Assembly (NCBI GenBank): GCA_002269645.1
Contig: NIVC01000545.1
Coordinates: 1 to 64,000 of the forward strand
Direction: 5' to 3'
Origin: Macrostomum lignano
Lineage: Eukaryota
DNA length: 64,000 nucleotides
Below are positions 11,201 through 23,501 of the stretch, one piece after another (the first letter of the stretch is position 1; each line of letters opens with the position of its first letter). Under the pieces are notes generated by a model, which saw only the letters and a list, made by a program, of their open reading frames with translations, made no database searches and was not told the origin of the DNA. A program made the position numbers and the translations under genes.

Positions 11201-13591
11201 TTGACGTTCAAGGTTGCCCTACATCCGAATAGCCGCTGTAAGAACTGTGAGGTGCCGGCACAGACGAGGTCCCCATCGCACAATATCATTTTCCTGTCGG
11301 CAAGAAGATCAGCTTCGTGCATGGACTCAGTGCACACGACTATCGATCGGCCCTGTTTTTCCTCTTGCAGCAGTCCCCACAGTTGTAGAGCGGATATTGG
11401 ATCCAAACCGTTGGTGGGCTCGTCTAGAAACACGACGTCGGGATCGGCCAATAGAGCAATGACTGTGCTGAGCTTTCTTTTCTGACTGGCACTCAGTTCC
11501 CTTGTCTTGGCGGTTTCGATGCCTCGAACTTGCAGCTGTTCAAGCATAACTCGCGCCCTGTCCAGCTCGCTCGGAAAGTTTGCTCCCCTGCTGATCAGCG
11601 CTGCTTCGATGCACTCCATTGAGGTCAGCGAGCCACACAGCGAGTCAATCTGAGGGCAGACGCTGAAGACCCCCCTGGCCGCCAGCCGCTCCAACGGATC
11701 TGTCACTCTGAAGCCGGCTACGTAGGCGGTGCCGCTCGTCGGCTGCTCATCTCCAGTGAGAATCTTCAACATGGTTGACTTTCCGGAGGTGCTGTGGCCA
11801 ACCAGAGCCGTAACTTGGTCCCGGTACACCAGGCCTGCAATGGCATATTAAGCTTAGGTTTTACCTTGATCAATGACTTGCTGCAACCAACAAAGCAGCG
11901 AAATTTTACAGACATAGGTATTCCTATCGATATAGTTATAGCAAATTTCCTCAATGCACCCAATCCTTGTCCTGCCTACCCATATTAGAGGCAAAGGCAG
12001 TGCACGTACATGACATTCTGTGCAGAACTTCAGGACCAAGCCAGCAGCCGCAGCAGTTGTCGTATGACTTGCTAATCCTATCAGCGATGATAGATACAGA
12101 AAGACCGGTCACAACTTCAACGGCGGGATCTTCAACCACTTTGTTTGACAGGTGCACTCTGTCATCGTCTTTTGCCTTTTCTGGAAACCAGAATCTGCAA
12201 GTCAGAGGATAATACCATGGCAGATTGAGACCGTTGCCAGAATTCAACAAACCGTCAAGGTATGTAACCAGCAGGGAGAAAAACAGCACTGTGCCAGAAA
12301 TTGATAAAAGCACGGATAGATGGGGAGAACTTTGGTTTGCAAGTGGATCCTTGCCGGTCAGCCTGTGCCTGATGTCCGCACTCATGTGAGTGAAAATGTA
12401 GCTCTTGGTGTGCATTGGTGGAAAGAGGAACGGTAAAAACGTCCCTGCTGTCTTCATCGCCGAATAGTATGAAAAGGAAATTATCTGTCCGAAGGAGACC
12501 AGCAGGGTTATCATCAATGCGGCAAGTGCAGACGGAACCAAGAGTTCAACACTAAATATAATGCCAGCCCACACGAGACAGTAGAGGTTAAGGACTAGAA
12601 ATACGCAGAGAACGTTTTTAGCGGGATAAATTCCCGGACATTGAAGCACATAGGACATGACAAAAAATCCAGAAAAGACCAAGCATTCTACTAAAGTAAT
12701 CAGCCAGATGACTGTCCAGTAGCTTGTCACAGACAGGCCGCTTAGAAAGAGCTGCTTTAGAAAGCCGTTCTGCTTGATGGCTCTCATGCGAAAAGCAGTC
12801 GCGACCAGAAAGTACAAGGCGATGCCAATTGTAGACAGAGATAACGAAGCCTCAATGTAGACTTCAAGGTTATCATCAAATACGGGCAAGCCTTTAATTA
12901 TCCACTCGGAACATTTTGATCTTTTTAATTCCACATCATTGATGATTTTGTCATCGTTGTTGTTAAAATCTTTGAAATCCTTCAGGGTGAAAAACTGAAC
13001 ATCGTTGAATTCACTGTTTTCCGTGCCATTGGCACTAAAAATGGCTTGAACCATCAATTGGTAAGTAAAGACACACCTGAGGCTCGAATCTTTCACCCAT
13101 AAACACTCCGATATGGCCCTAGTGACGTTGGAATTCTTGGAAAACCGGATGTAAGCGCTGGTCTGTTCTCTTTCGGAAATTAAGCCCTCTCTGCACTTGC
13201 TCTCAGGTGTGCAGTCCACGAGCCAACCAGTAGTACCGCCTCGATCTTTGGCGATTCTCTCCAAGGCCGCGACCTCAGCTGGGAAGCTTTTCCGGTCAAC
13301 TAAAACTCGTTTCTCTTCGGCAGTAAATTCCGATGTAGTGTAGATCCTGAGATTTTCCTTATAGCTTTCAGTGATCGGTTTGATAAGCATCGGCAGGTAC
13401 ATGTTGGATAGAAGCAACGATACCGGTAGTATAAGAAGCAGAAACCACCAGGTTTTCAGCTTCAGCATTAACAAAAATAAGTAACCAAACTGCGAACATG
13501 CCGATGACTTGTAGTAGGAGCTGAAGCTCTCTACTGACGCGGCGTCGTCCTCCACTATTTGTTGTTCCGTTTTTTCTCCTTGTTTTGTCAT
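8265..13591 (-). CDS. Full-size ABC transporter, subfamily A (TMD-NBD-TMD-NBD), 1673 aa, 3 exons
   Basis: Exons 13591-12010, 11834-8726 and 8595-8265 are GT-AG and in phase (5022 nt). NBD1: GHSTSGKST, CPQ, FLDEPTNGLDP. NBD2: GSSGAGKSS, CPQ, VIDEATAGVDP. Two multi-TM blocks. An acceptor-like attcctgtag lies 9 nt before the ATG. Confidence 0.92.
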
Positions 13592-14305
13592 TGTCGGCAG
13601 CTACAGGAATAATTCATTTGTCGATCACATAAATTTATATGCAAAAGTTATGCGTAGTTAGTTAACAACGAAAAGACAAATGGATGCTAAGCCATAGACA
13701 ATGGATTGATAATCTTGCCATGCACCTATCTATTTTTCTATCCCAAACACCAAGTAACCAGTACTTCTGAATACAAAGTCAGCAAATATGATGGGGATGC
13801 CAAAACGGACCCGCGAACCGTTGGGGGCAGCAGGGAGAGATCGTTGGCATACTCCCTCTATGCTGCTTCTCCGGTCGACGTCAACCCACGAGTAGCCGCA
13901 GCAGGTGTGCACGCGTTAGTAGTTGTGGCTGTGGCTAATGCTATTGAGTGTAGGGGCAAATTATATTGTGAAAAGTAAAAAAATCAATCAGTGCTGTCAG
14001 CCTGTCACCAGCATGAATGCAGTGACATAGCAAATTCAGTGGAAGAAAGCTAAATACAAAATATTTCTCGTGTCTTACGAGCGATAAGCCTTCACTCAAG
14101 ATAGCCTCATAAAAATTTAGGATTAATTCCTCGTTTCCTCAAGTCAACGGTCACGGTTGGTCAAAGTACATGTCAACCATTGCGAATCTACGTTGCCTAA
14201 GCATTTGGCAAATACATGTAGATCTCTAATATACAGGAAGCGTAAAAATACCCGAAAAGCAGGAATTTTGCCCAAAGATCTTATATAGACCTATGATTTA
14301 GCCTC

Positions 14306-14666
14306 AGGGGGCCGTAGCCCAGCGGTAGCGCAGCTGCTCTGGTGTGCCAGCGACCCTGGCTCGATTCCAAGTGCAGTCACATTAATTTGGGGCTGAATTG
14401 GAATCTCGGCTTGGCTCTGCTCGTGCAATTAACGGCCTTGAGAGCCAACCCCCCAAGGCGCAGTGAAGTGTACATGCCTAACGATAAATAAAGTTAGGGC
14501 CGCTGTACACTCCTGTGTGAGTGTGTGCCTGCGTACGTATCCGCGCGCTTGTATGCCTGCTCAGGGGAGTCGGCGGAATGGGCAGTAATGCCTCTCGCCG
14601 GTTGTGTGCCTATGTCGCTTAAATTGCGCCAGGGTGCACACAACCCCCCTGCCTCTAATAAAAAAA
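14306..14666 (+). mobile_element. tRNA-derived SINE (family A), full length with A-tail and 13-bp TSD
   Basis: A-box tagcccagcggtag and B-box ggctcgattcc; A-rich tail; perfect TSD atgatttagcctc at 14293-14305 and 14667-14679; second copy at 59933-60245. Confidence 0.9.
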
Positions 14667-15567
14667 ATGATTTAGCCTCGTATGTGAATTTAACCTGAGG
14701 CATTACATGTTTTTCTTTACTATAAAGAGCCTCGTTTTAAATACCGAATTTAAAATCTTTAGCGCGAGTTTGAATGCGAGTTTGAATTGCACGAAAATTT
14801 ATAATATATATACATGATTTAATTTAATCTTGCAGTAGGCCTAAAAGGTAAAAAGACAATCTTTTAAATGCATGTCTGCGGATTCTGTGAACTATGGGTG
14901 AGGATTATGGCATATCTATATCCTGATATCTGCTCGAATTCATCTTATCTGTCGTCCGGTCGGCCCCGATATCCTGAACTTTATCGCAGTGCTTCAGAAA
15001 CTTTCCTTACTAAATTCTGTACCAATGCCATTAAAGTGATTTTTAACGTGTAAACAAGCAATTCTAAAATGCTTTCTTTTTGCAAACTGCCGTTGTCAAC
15101 TCGTTTTTGGCCTGCTTTACCCTAGATCTGCAGAGGGGTGATTCAGATTGTAGTTATAGTAGACAGAAGAAACATGGACAGACTGAATTTTGGCAAAAAT
15201 GCATTTGCCCCCTTATTTTTTCAGGTCTCTGACAATGGCGACTTCCCATCCCCTTCTCTCACCTCTTGGATATGCCTTGGCCCTGGTCACTGGTCTCAAC
15301 TTTTAATGAATTTTAATTATTAATTAATTTATTATACAGAGCTAGGACAGTGTTTCAATTGCGTGCACATGCAGCAGCCGCATCTTTAACTTATATAGTA
15401 TGACATTTGTCATATACTGTTTGAATTATTGGAAATCGATATTCGAATTAACAAAAATAGCTATAAACGGATATTAGGGCCTATTTTCACACTCCGGATC
15501 ATGTAGTATACGCCCGAAAATTCAGGCGTGCATTAGCCTTGCACGCCAAAATTAGGCGTGCACAGTT

Positions 15568-16017
15568 GGCGTGCATCACTCCTGAGAAAATAGTATACGT
15601 GCACATCTGGCGTGCATCACTCCTGAGAAATATGCGTGCACACCTGGCGTGCATCACTCCTGAGAAAATAGTATGCGTGCACACCTGGCGTGCATCACTC
15701 CTGAGAAAATAGTATGCGTGCACACCTGGCGTGCATCACTCCTGAGAAAATAGTATGCGTGCACACCTGGCGTGCATCACTCCTGAGAAAATAGTATGCG
15801 TGCACACCTGGCGTGCATCACTCCTGAGAAATATGCGTGCACACCTGGCGTGCATCACTCCTGAGAAAATAGTATGCGTGCACACCTGGCGTGCATCAAT
15901 CCTGAGAAAATAGTATGCGTGCACACCTGGCGTGCATCACTCCTGAGAAAATAGTATGCGTGCACACCTGGCGTGCATCACTTCTGAGAAAATAGTATGC
16001 GTGCACACCTGGCGTGC
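15568..16017. repeat. 41-bp minisatellite (gcgtgcatcactcctgagaaaatagtatgcgtgcacacctg), ~11 copies
   Basis: Direct reading. Confidence 0.95.
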
Positions 16018-17528
16018 ACTTTATAGAATCACGCGTAAGAGTTATTGTAAAGTGATGGGTTCGGCCTTTTTAAGCCTATAGCTTCGGGCCTCAGAACTCA
16101 GAAATGAATCACTTAGAACTCTGGCCTCTCACTCCTGTCAGATGGTCAGCCCCATGGTAGCTAGATTGTGGGCGAGCAGTCTAGGTCCTATAGCTAAGAG
16201 AAGACAGCGAGAGACAAGCAGGGAGAAGTTGAAAGGTAGATTTAGCTAATCTGCAGATTAACTAACCCGCTGCCACCAGTCCGTGCGCCCCGGCTCACCA
16301 AACCGGAGCTATCGAAATCGGACTTCCGACTAGAGGGGCACTGCATTTCCCAGTGGAAAAGACAACGTTGATCCAACGGTGTTTCAACGGAGGTATGTCA
16401 CAAAAGCGTTGGGAACAAAAAAGTTTGTCTTTGTACCCAAAATGGCTCGTAAGCAATTAAAAAAGCTTTTATTTTGCTTACTGAGCCAATATTTCATTTT
16501 TTGAAGTGCGTTGTGAAACCGTTGTAAAACCGTTGTGATTGCTCTTCGTTGAATTGCCGTTGTTTCTCAACGGTAAACCAAATTTCCCAAAAAGACTGTG
16601 AGTAAAACTGAGGTCAGGGAATTGTGTAATAACTCTAGAACTAAGTTGGATTTGCTCTACACAGTACGTAATATGTAAAGTGTTTTCTTTTTGGCAACTA
16701 CTGTGCAGTTTTTTGTTAATAATTAGTAGACAAAATTGGTTTGATAAACTTATATGTTGCAAAGCATCACGACGCACGTCTATTTTACATAGTACCAATA
16801 TTGTTTTGCAATTTCTGTTTGGAGCAGGAGAATGTGGATTTTTGTCATACTTGTTATTTTGATGGTCTGTTTAGCATATAGTTTCCTCCGATTTTCATGC
16901 TCACGTGTTTTATTTTGTGGATGGCTTGTATTGCAGATCCTTTGCAAACTTCACTTTTGAATTAGCTGGCTAGCTATCTTTTTATGATTAACTCACATGC
17001 TATGCATGTTTCAAAATTGTTTTTTCTTTTTTTTAGTTGCATAAATGTACACAACACACATGGCTTGGCAACAGTGGAAGTGCAATGCCTAATTGTTCTT
17101 TGCAATTTAACCCAGCAAGCATGACAGTATATAGCTTTACCTTTAACCCACTATATCTTTACTTTATTTAGGGCTTTTATGGGCTATAGCCTAGGAACAT
17201 ATCAATTATTAGCTACTATGTGTGTGTAGATCAATTCCTCAAATGCCAGGTAGATGCTGTGTTTTCCTTGTTATATATTTGCTATATTTGTATAACTATT
17301 TTGTATTGTAGGCCATATTACTATAGCTATGTCATAGCTATATATATTAGCTATAAATATTTATGCTTTAGCTAGTGCCTGTGCAGTGCCAGGTATATAT
17401 AGAAATAAAAGAATGTAATTGTTTATAATTATTCATGGTAAATATAGTATGAGTATAGTATAGTATTATTTGCCAATTACTATAAGATATTGTGATATAA
17501 ATGATTTTACTTGTGAATTATTTTTCAG

Positions 17529-19446
17529 ATGTCCAAACGTAACTTTGCTAGAAAAGTGCTTCAGGGTTGTTTAGAGGAAATTGAAGTAGAGCAGCTTCAA
17601 AAAGCATCTGAACCCATTAACCAAGATCAAGCCCAAGGCAATAATCATCAACAAGATGAAGAATTCATTCAAGCTGAAGAATACGACACTGACTTTCTTG
17701 GCAACAGTCATGGCAATCCAATGGATAATAGTGAATCAGATGAAGACCTTGTAGAAGAGGATCAAGATATACCTGAAGTTGAAGATGCTACGCCAGAGCT
17801 AACAATTGAGCAAGAACTGCTTCTATTTTATATACTTTTTAATGTGTCACGCTCTGCTATGGCTTGGATCCTTGCCTTTTTAAATCGCAAGGGTATTTCA
17901 GTTCCAAAGTCTGTATATGGCTTGAAAAAGCATTCTGCTAATTCTTCTTATTATTCTATTATTGCTACTGAAGGAGACTTTTTCTATGTATCAATGGCCA
18001 AAAATTTGGAATTTTGTGTTAGCAATAATTATTTTGACTTTTCAAAATGCATTACTGATTCTGAAACTGGGCACATAAAAGTAAATTCCATTTTCAATAT
18101 AGATGGAATGCCCTTGTATAATAGTTCTTCCATGTCAGCTTGGCCAATTTTAATGAAAGTATCAGGCTATTTGCATCCATTGCCCATTGCTATTTTTGTT
18201 GGTAAAAGTAAACCATCATTGAATATTTTGTTATCACGCTTCTGTGAAGAGCTAAACATTTTTTTTTAGTAATGGTATTCAAGTTCTTGGCCACCATTTT
18301 AAGTTAGTCCGTGCTCTTTTTGTTTGTGATGCCCCTGCTCATGCTCATATCTGCTCTATTATGAACCATAACTCTCGCATGGGATGTAGTTATTGTCAAG
18401 CTGAAGGTAGACATTTTGCTAATCGTATTGTTTTTTCATCTTCTATTGGTACTTTGCGAACTGATCAGTGCTATGCTGATTCTAAAGAAAATAACCAGAA
18501 GGTAGGGCATTCAACACCTTTGCTGAGTATTAAAAATATTGGTTTTTATTCTCATTTTCCACCTGACTATCAACATGCTGTATGTTTAGGTGTTTGTAGA
18601 AAAGTTTTTAATTTTCTTTTTTCATCTAAGTTTGGTTCATCTTGTAAGATTTCAGCACTAAAGTTAAAAGAGCTGTCTGATTTTATTGATAGCTATGCCA
18701 AGTTCACTCCTGCTGAGTTTCAGCGGAGGCCTCGCCGTATTGATACAAATTTAGCTCACTTTAAAGCAAGTGAGTTTCGACTCTTTTTGCTATATTTGGG
18801 GCCTTTTTTCTTCAGAAAGTTTTTACCACAAAAATACTATGACCACTTTCTTCACTTGCACTTTTCTATCTATGTTTTTTGCTCTGATGTCCACCAGACT
18901 CTCTTACCAAATGCTCATCGTTGTATTGAGATTTTTGTTAAGGAAATGGAGTCATTGTATGGTGAAGCATCAATTTCTTATAACCCTCACACTTTGCTCC
19001 ATCTTTATGAATTTGTTTGTCTATATGGAAAACTTGACAATTTTTCTGCATTTGACTTCGAAAACTATTTGGGGCATGTTAAAAGACGAATTTCAGTTAC
19101 CCGCTTTGCTTCTAAGCATATTTTGCACCAGTTTTTTAATGTCCGTGCTACTCTTACAAGTGATCCAGCTAGTATTGTGTTTTTTTCTAAGAAGTCTCCA
19201 AATAATTGTGCAGTTGTAAATGGAGTTCCAATACTCATTAGTACAGTAGTAGGAAATGTCCTAACTGGTCATGTGTTAAAGTTTTCGCATCCTTTGTATA
19301 CAAGTCCATATTCATCAGAAATTCTGAATATTGGATTTTACCATGTGACACGTAATGTTGTTACTGGTAATGCAAGCAGAAAGTGCTTCTTGTTGCCATC
19401 ATCTGGAGGTGAATATATAGTAATTCCCTATTGTTGCGCTATTTGA
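17529..19446 (+). CDS. EnSpm/CMC-type DDE transposase, 638 aa if one extra T in the T9 run (18259-18267) is removed
   Basis: Motifs FNIDGMPLY..S..SAWPIL, FVCDAPA, GCSYC, PPDYQHAVCLGV, FKASEFRLFLLY, HTLLHL, DNFSAFDFENYLG. The two track ORFs join by one +1 frameshift. An acceptor tttttcag immediately precedes the ATG. Confidence 0.85.
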
Positions 19447-19752
19447 TTATGATTATACTATTGTCTTCTGGTACTAAGTCAGTCTTGGTCAATATAGCAA
19501 TTTCTTTTTTCATGCAACTGTCATCCTAGGGTGTGCAAGTGTACATTTTTCATTATTTGTAGCATTAAATGTCTCCTTGTGTGTTCAGCTTGTTTATAAA
19601 TATAAACACAAATATACATATAATATGAATAACAATTTTTTTATTTTGGTTTCAGACAATATGAATTTCTTTATTTGATGTCACAAACATGTCATGTATA
19701 TATTTCCAACATATTCCCATTATTAAGAGTATTTCTATTTCTCATGCATGCC

Positions 19753-21739
19753 ATGAAGTTTATCGTGATCTTTCACGTTGACAAAGAAATAGTCGAATTG
19801 AGCGAGACTGAAGTCCTCTTAGAAAACTTCCAAAAATTCACTCTGGACAACTGGCGAAACTTTGTTGGCGAGCCTATTGCAAGGGCATACTACAATGAGC
19901 AAGTATGGGACTGCACAATTCTTCAGGTAACTGCACGCTTTATTCCCTGAATGTTCCCATAATCATACTTGTATATGGGGGTCGTTTGGTATTTTTGATT
20001 TTCACTAAGTAATTTTGCATTTGCGCTAGGTTCTCCCTGACGACGATTATGACGCCACTGGGACGGTAAATTGGCTTCGGGCGTTCAGGCGCGAGAAGCA
20101 CTGCAAAATCCAAACTCTTTTGGGACTGGTCAAACGAGTACCCGATGGCAGGAGGCAAAGATTCCTTCCTTTGGAGGTTAGCTACAAACCGTTTTTGTTG
20201 CTATAAGTGTGTATTAAAACTTCGAAAGATGTTAAACATTTGTAACCATTAGTCATTATTATTCAATCGATCTCACGAACTACGTTACTATAAGTAGCGC
20301 GCAATCATTCTCAGAATCTGCAGACCGAGTCCGAGTCTGACTGCCAACGATCGCCCTCAAGCTTCTCACGGTCGGTTAGACTACCCCAAGCTGAGGATTC
20401 CGCCAGGGCAGTTCAACAAAGCCCAAGCTCGCTGCCGCTGTTGCCTTTGCCGGAGACAAGAAACCCATCGGCTCAGCTAGCGGTTGAAACAGCTCCACCG
20501 GAAACGCCCAAATCACTGCCCCACCATGGACAGAACGACAGGTGCAGGTCACAGCAGAGTGCGGCTGAGTTGCTCAGCCCTTCGGATCAGCCAGGAGCCT
20601 TGCGTTTCAATGCAGCTGCAGCTGACGTCGCATCATTGAACTTCGGTACCGGGGGCTTGACTTGCTGAAGGCTAGAATGGAGGCTAAGCTTGGAGTCTCT
20701 CTGACATCGCCTCTCGGACTGTGCTACCTGGGGCTCCATACCCTTCGTCGGACATCAGCTTGCATGACAACAATCTCAGAATTGAAGCAGTGCATGTCGC
20801 GTGCCGCTGCTGCTGCTGCTACTACATTTGGTCCAGTTGATGCAGATGCAGAATGGAAGCCGATTGCGACCTGGCCTGACTACATTGACTTCATCAAAAA
20901 TCCACCGGCTCTCGAATGGGTATGTACATCCAATAGTTTAGTGTTTGTTTTTGCAAAGTCTATTATTTCAAAAAGCCTCCGACAGCATGCTTTCACGATA
21001 GTTGGAAAATATAATTGTCTCTGACATATTCCACATTTTATTTCATATTAATATTCCATATTTCTTCGTGACTGTCCATCTACATGTATGATAAAATTAT
21101 TGGCACCCTTGCAGATGACACGGCTGCTGCTGCCCTGCAAGGCTGACGACCTTGGCAGCACCATTCGCCGAATGGTGAGGCGAATTCTGTCACCAGAGAT
21201 GCTGGCCGCTGTCAATTATAACGGAAAGGGTCTTGGTGCTCTCTCTGGCTCTGAGCTTGGGGACACCGAACTTGCCTTTCGATCGGTGTTCTTGCCCAGT
21301 ATTCTACGTAAGTTCAATGCGCGCGCGTGTGTGTGTGTGTGCATATCACATTAAATTCAATGATCGAAATTAATTACTGAGTATACTGATTCTTAATTCA
21401 TTTGATTTACGTATTGATAGGTTTTAAAATAAGACGGCCTATTAGTTTTAGATCAGTTATGTTTAATAATTGTATTTTTGTGACATACTTTTAGGGACGA
21501 TGAAGGCAATGTACCGCGATGCTGCTGAGCGTCCAAAAGACCGCGATGTAGAGCTTGCAGTCATTGCTGCGCTGAAGCTGGGCAAGGACGGGCGAAGTCG
21601 TGGACGTCAAGGTCCGACGGAGTCAGGCAGCCAGGCGTCGGCAGCCAGAGTTGGCACATCGCAAGACCCTCCGCCTGCCAAGGTTCGACGTTCCGTTCAG
21701 AAGGTCCCTATCATTTACGACGCTGACAGTGATGAGTGA
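19753..21739 (+). CDS. Multi-exon accessory gene of the transposon, DUF4806/BEN-like C-terminus (family assignment tentative)
   Basis: Phase-compatible exons 19753-19926, 20030-20176, ~20316-20918 (one apparent frame break near 20620-20660), 21115-21307 and 21496-21739. The C-terminal LGSTIRRMVRRILSPEMLAAVNYNG...DVELAVIAALKLGKDGR resembles DUF4806-type proteins. Confidence 0.55.
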
Positions 21740-23364
21740 CTGGTTTGGAGTCATAACCTGTGAGCAGTACAATTTGAGATAATCAGCAGGCTAGAATGGG
21801 ATATTGATCGTATGTTGTGTCAATTTAGCTACTTAGCTTATGTGCAGTACAATCATTGGACACAGTCAGTTAGTTATTATTCAAAAATAAAGAAATGATT
21901 TATAAAAAACGTTGTTGAAGCCATCATATCATCCTATAAACAAGTAATTTAGTTTGCAATAATTGCCAATGATTACACTTATACCTAACCCTGAGACTTT
22001 AAACGCGTATGCATGCGAGAAATTTTTTTGCTTTGCTGTAATTTCATTTGACAAATATATAGATCTTTGCCAAATGTCTCAACTTTAAAATGTAACGTTT
22101 TTGGACACATGAGTGACATGACACATTTGATTGCGAAAATTGGCTTTTTTCATACTTTATTTCACGTGGATCAGCACCTCTAACAATATTTTGACCGTTG
22201 GAATAGCGTTGATTCGCAGTTGGACTGCCGTTGGTAAACCGCCGTTGTATCAACGGATTTTCCTCCAGACACGCCCAACGGAGGGCCAACGGAGGGCAAC
22301 AACGTTGAATCAACGTTGGTTTTTCCGCTGGGTTATCTGCCATATAGTGTCTTTTAGCTGTCTATCTCGAAGTCATAGCCGAATAGAAGGGACGCTGCTG
22401 GGACTAGGATCGCATTGGCCATGCAGGGACAGAGAGGACTTCTGCAGGGGGTTCTTGCGCTGGCGAGCCTCTATACACTACTAAATGTAAATCTCATTAC
22501 CAAATTCCCAGATGTACATGTATAAGTACACGCAACTGCACGCTTTTGGCACTAAATGTGTTAACACGTCGACAGATAGCGATGATGTAGATGTATTGTT
22601 ACTTTTGGAGACCTTCTGACTAATATTTACCTCGTTTTAGCCGCTTAGCTGCCTGAGACCGCGCGAAAGCGCCAGTCTGGCACTTAATTCGCATGCTTAT
22701 CATGATTTCTGAGAACGACTGATTGACTGGGAACTGCGCCGCTTCCGGTCCACTGTGACCTCTGCCCCTAGATCTAGCCACTCATCTCAGCTGGCATTGC
22801 GAAAAAGAAAGAAAACATTAAGTCTTTAACTTCCAGATTTAACTTTCTCACTTAATCCGCAATCCTAGACATTTTAGATTGAGTTAGAGCGAATGGCTAT
22901 TTTTAATATTAACTGACACTTCTGCCTCGAGTTCGACACACAAAAGCAAGCAAGCAAAAGTGCAAATCCTATCAGACTACCTAGGAAGGGGTCAGACAAA
23001 GGGCGCACCCACTTAAGCAGGTCAAGGAAGCCTCTCACCAAACCAATCAGAGGACCTATCTGCCGGTAGCCAAGGAATCCACAGAGACCGAAGCGCTCAG
23101 ATGGGATGCTGCTGCTGATCTTAACTGACGAGTGCCGCCGCTACTCTTCACCTGCCGATTGCTGTTGCTGATCTTCGTTCACGGCCGAGAAGTACTGGTG
23201 AAACCTCTCAAGGGGAACTTGGCTGTTGAAGGTGAAGCTGCCGGGGGAAGGGGGATCAGACGTCAAAGACGCTGCAGAAGCCGAAGGGGATCAGGTCGGC
23301 AGGACTGGCCAAGGCCAAGGTAAGAAAACGACCGTTTCTTCGAGCGCGGTTCGAGTTGCCACCT

Positions 23365-23501
23365 TCACCTTTTATAGCTTTCACGCGGCCGATTTGTTAT
23401 AACGCACGTCGAATTTTCTGATTGGCTGAGAGCTTTTGTTAAAATAGGCGCCGAATTTTCTGATTGGTCGAGCTGAGGGCAGTCAGGTCGATTCTGATTG
23501 G
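23365..23501 (-). promoter_or_regulatory. Pol II promoter-like cluster: three CCAAT boxes plus TATA
   Basis: On the plus strand, ctgattgg at 23418, 23460 and 23494 (two copies in the identical 16-mer cgaattttctgattgg) and cttttatag near 23368 (ctataaaag on the minus strand), in the correct order for leftward transcription. Confidence 0.5.

Larger units (their letters stand above)
16349..22332 (+). mobile_element. Apparently full-length EnSpm/CMC-like DNA transposon (~5984 bp)
   Basis: Imperfect TIRs cccagtggaaaagacaacgttgatccaacg / reverse complement cccagcggaaaaaccaacgttgattcaacg; tt flanks both ends (2-bp TSD); CAACG/CGTTG subterminal motifs; internal transposase plus a second gene. Confidence 0.8.

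Noticed and set aside
8265-13591. Horizontal transfer of the ABCA gene from bacteria
   Set aside because: It has a eukaryotic full-transporter ABCA architecture and canonical spliceosomal introns; composition alone is insufficient evidence.
14306-14385. tRNA gene
   Set aside because: It has A/B boxes but continues into a repeated body with a tail and TSD, so it is a SINE head.
18259-18269. Programmed -1 ribosomal frameshift at T TTT TTT
   Set aside because: The -1 frame closes after a few codons; the transposase continues in the +1 frame.
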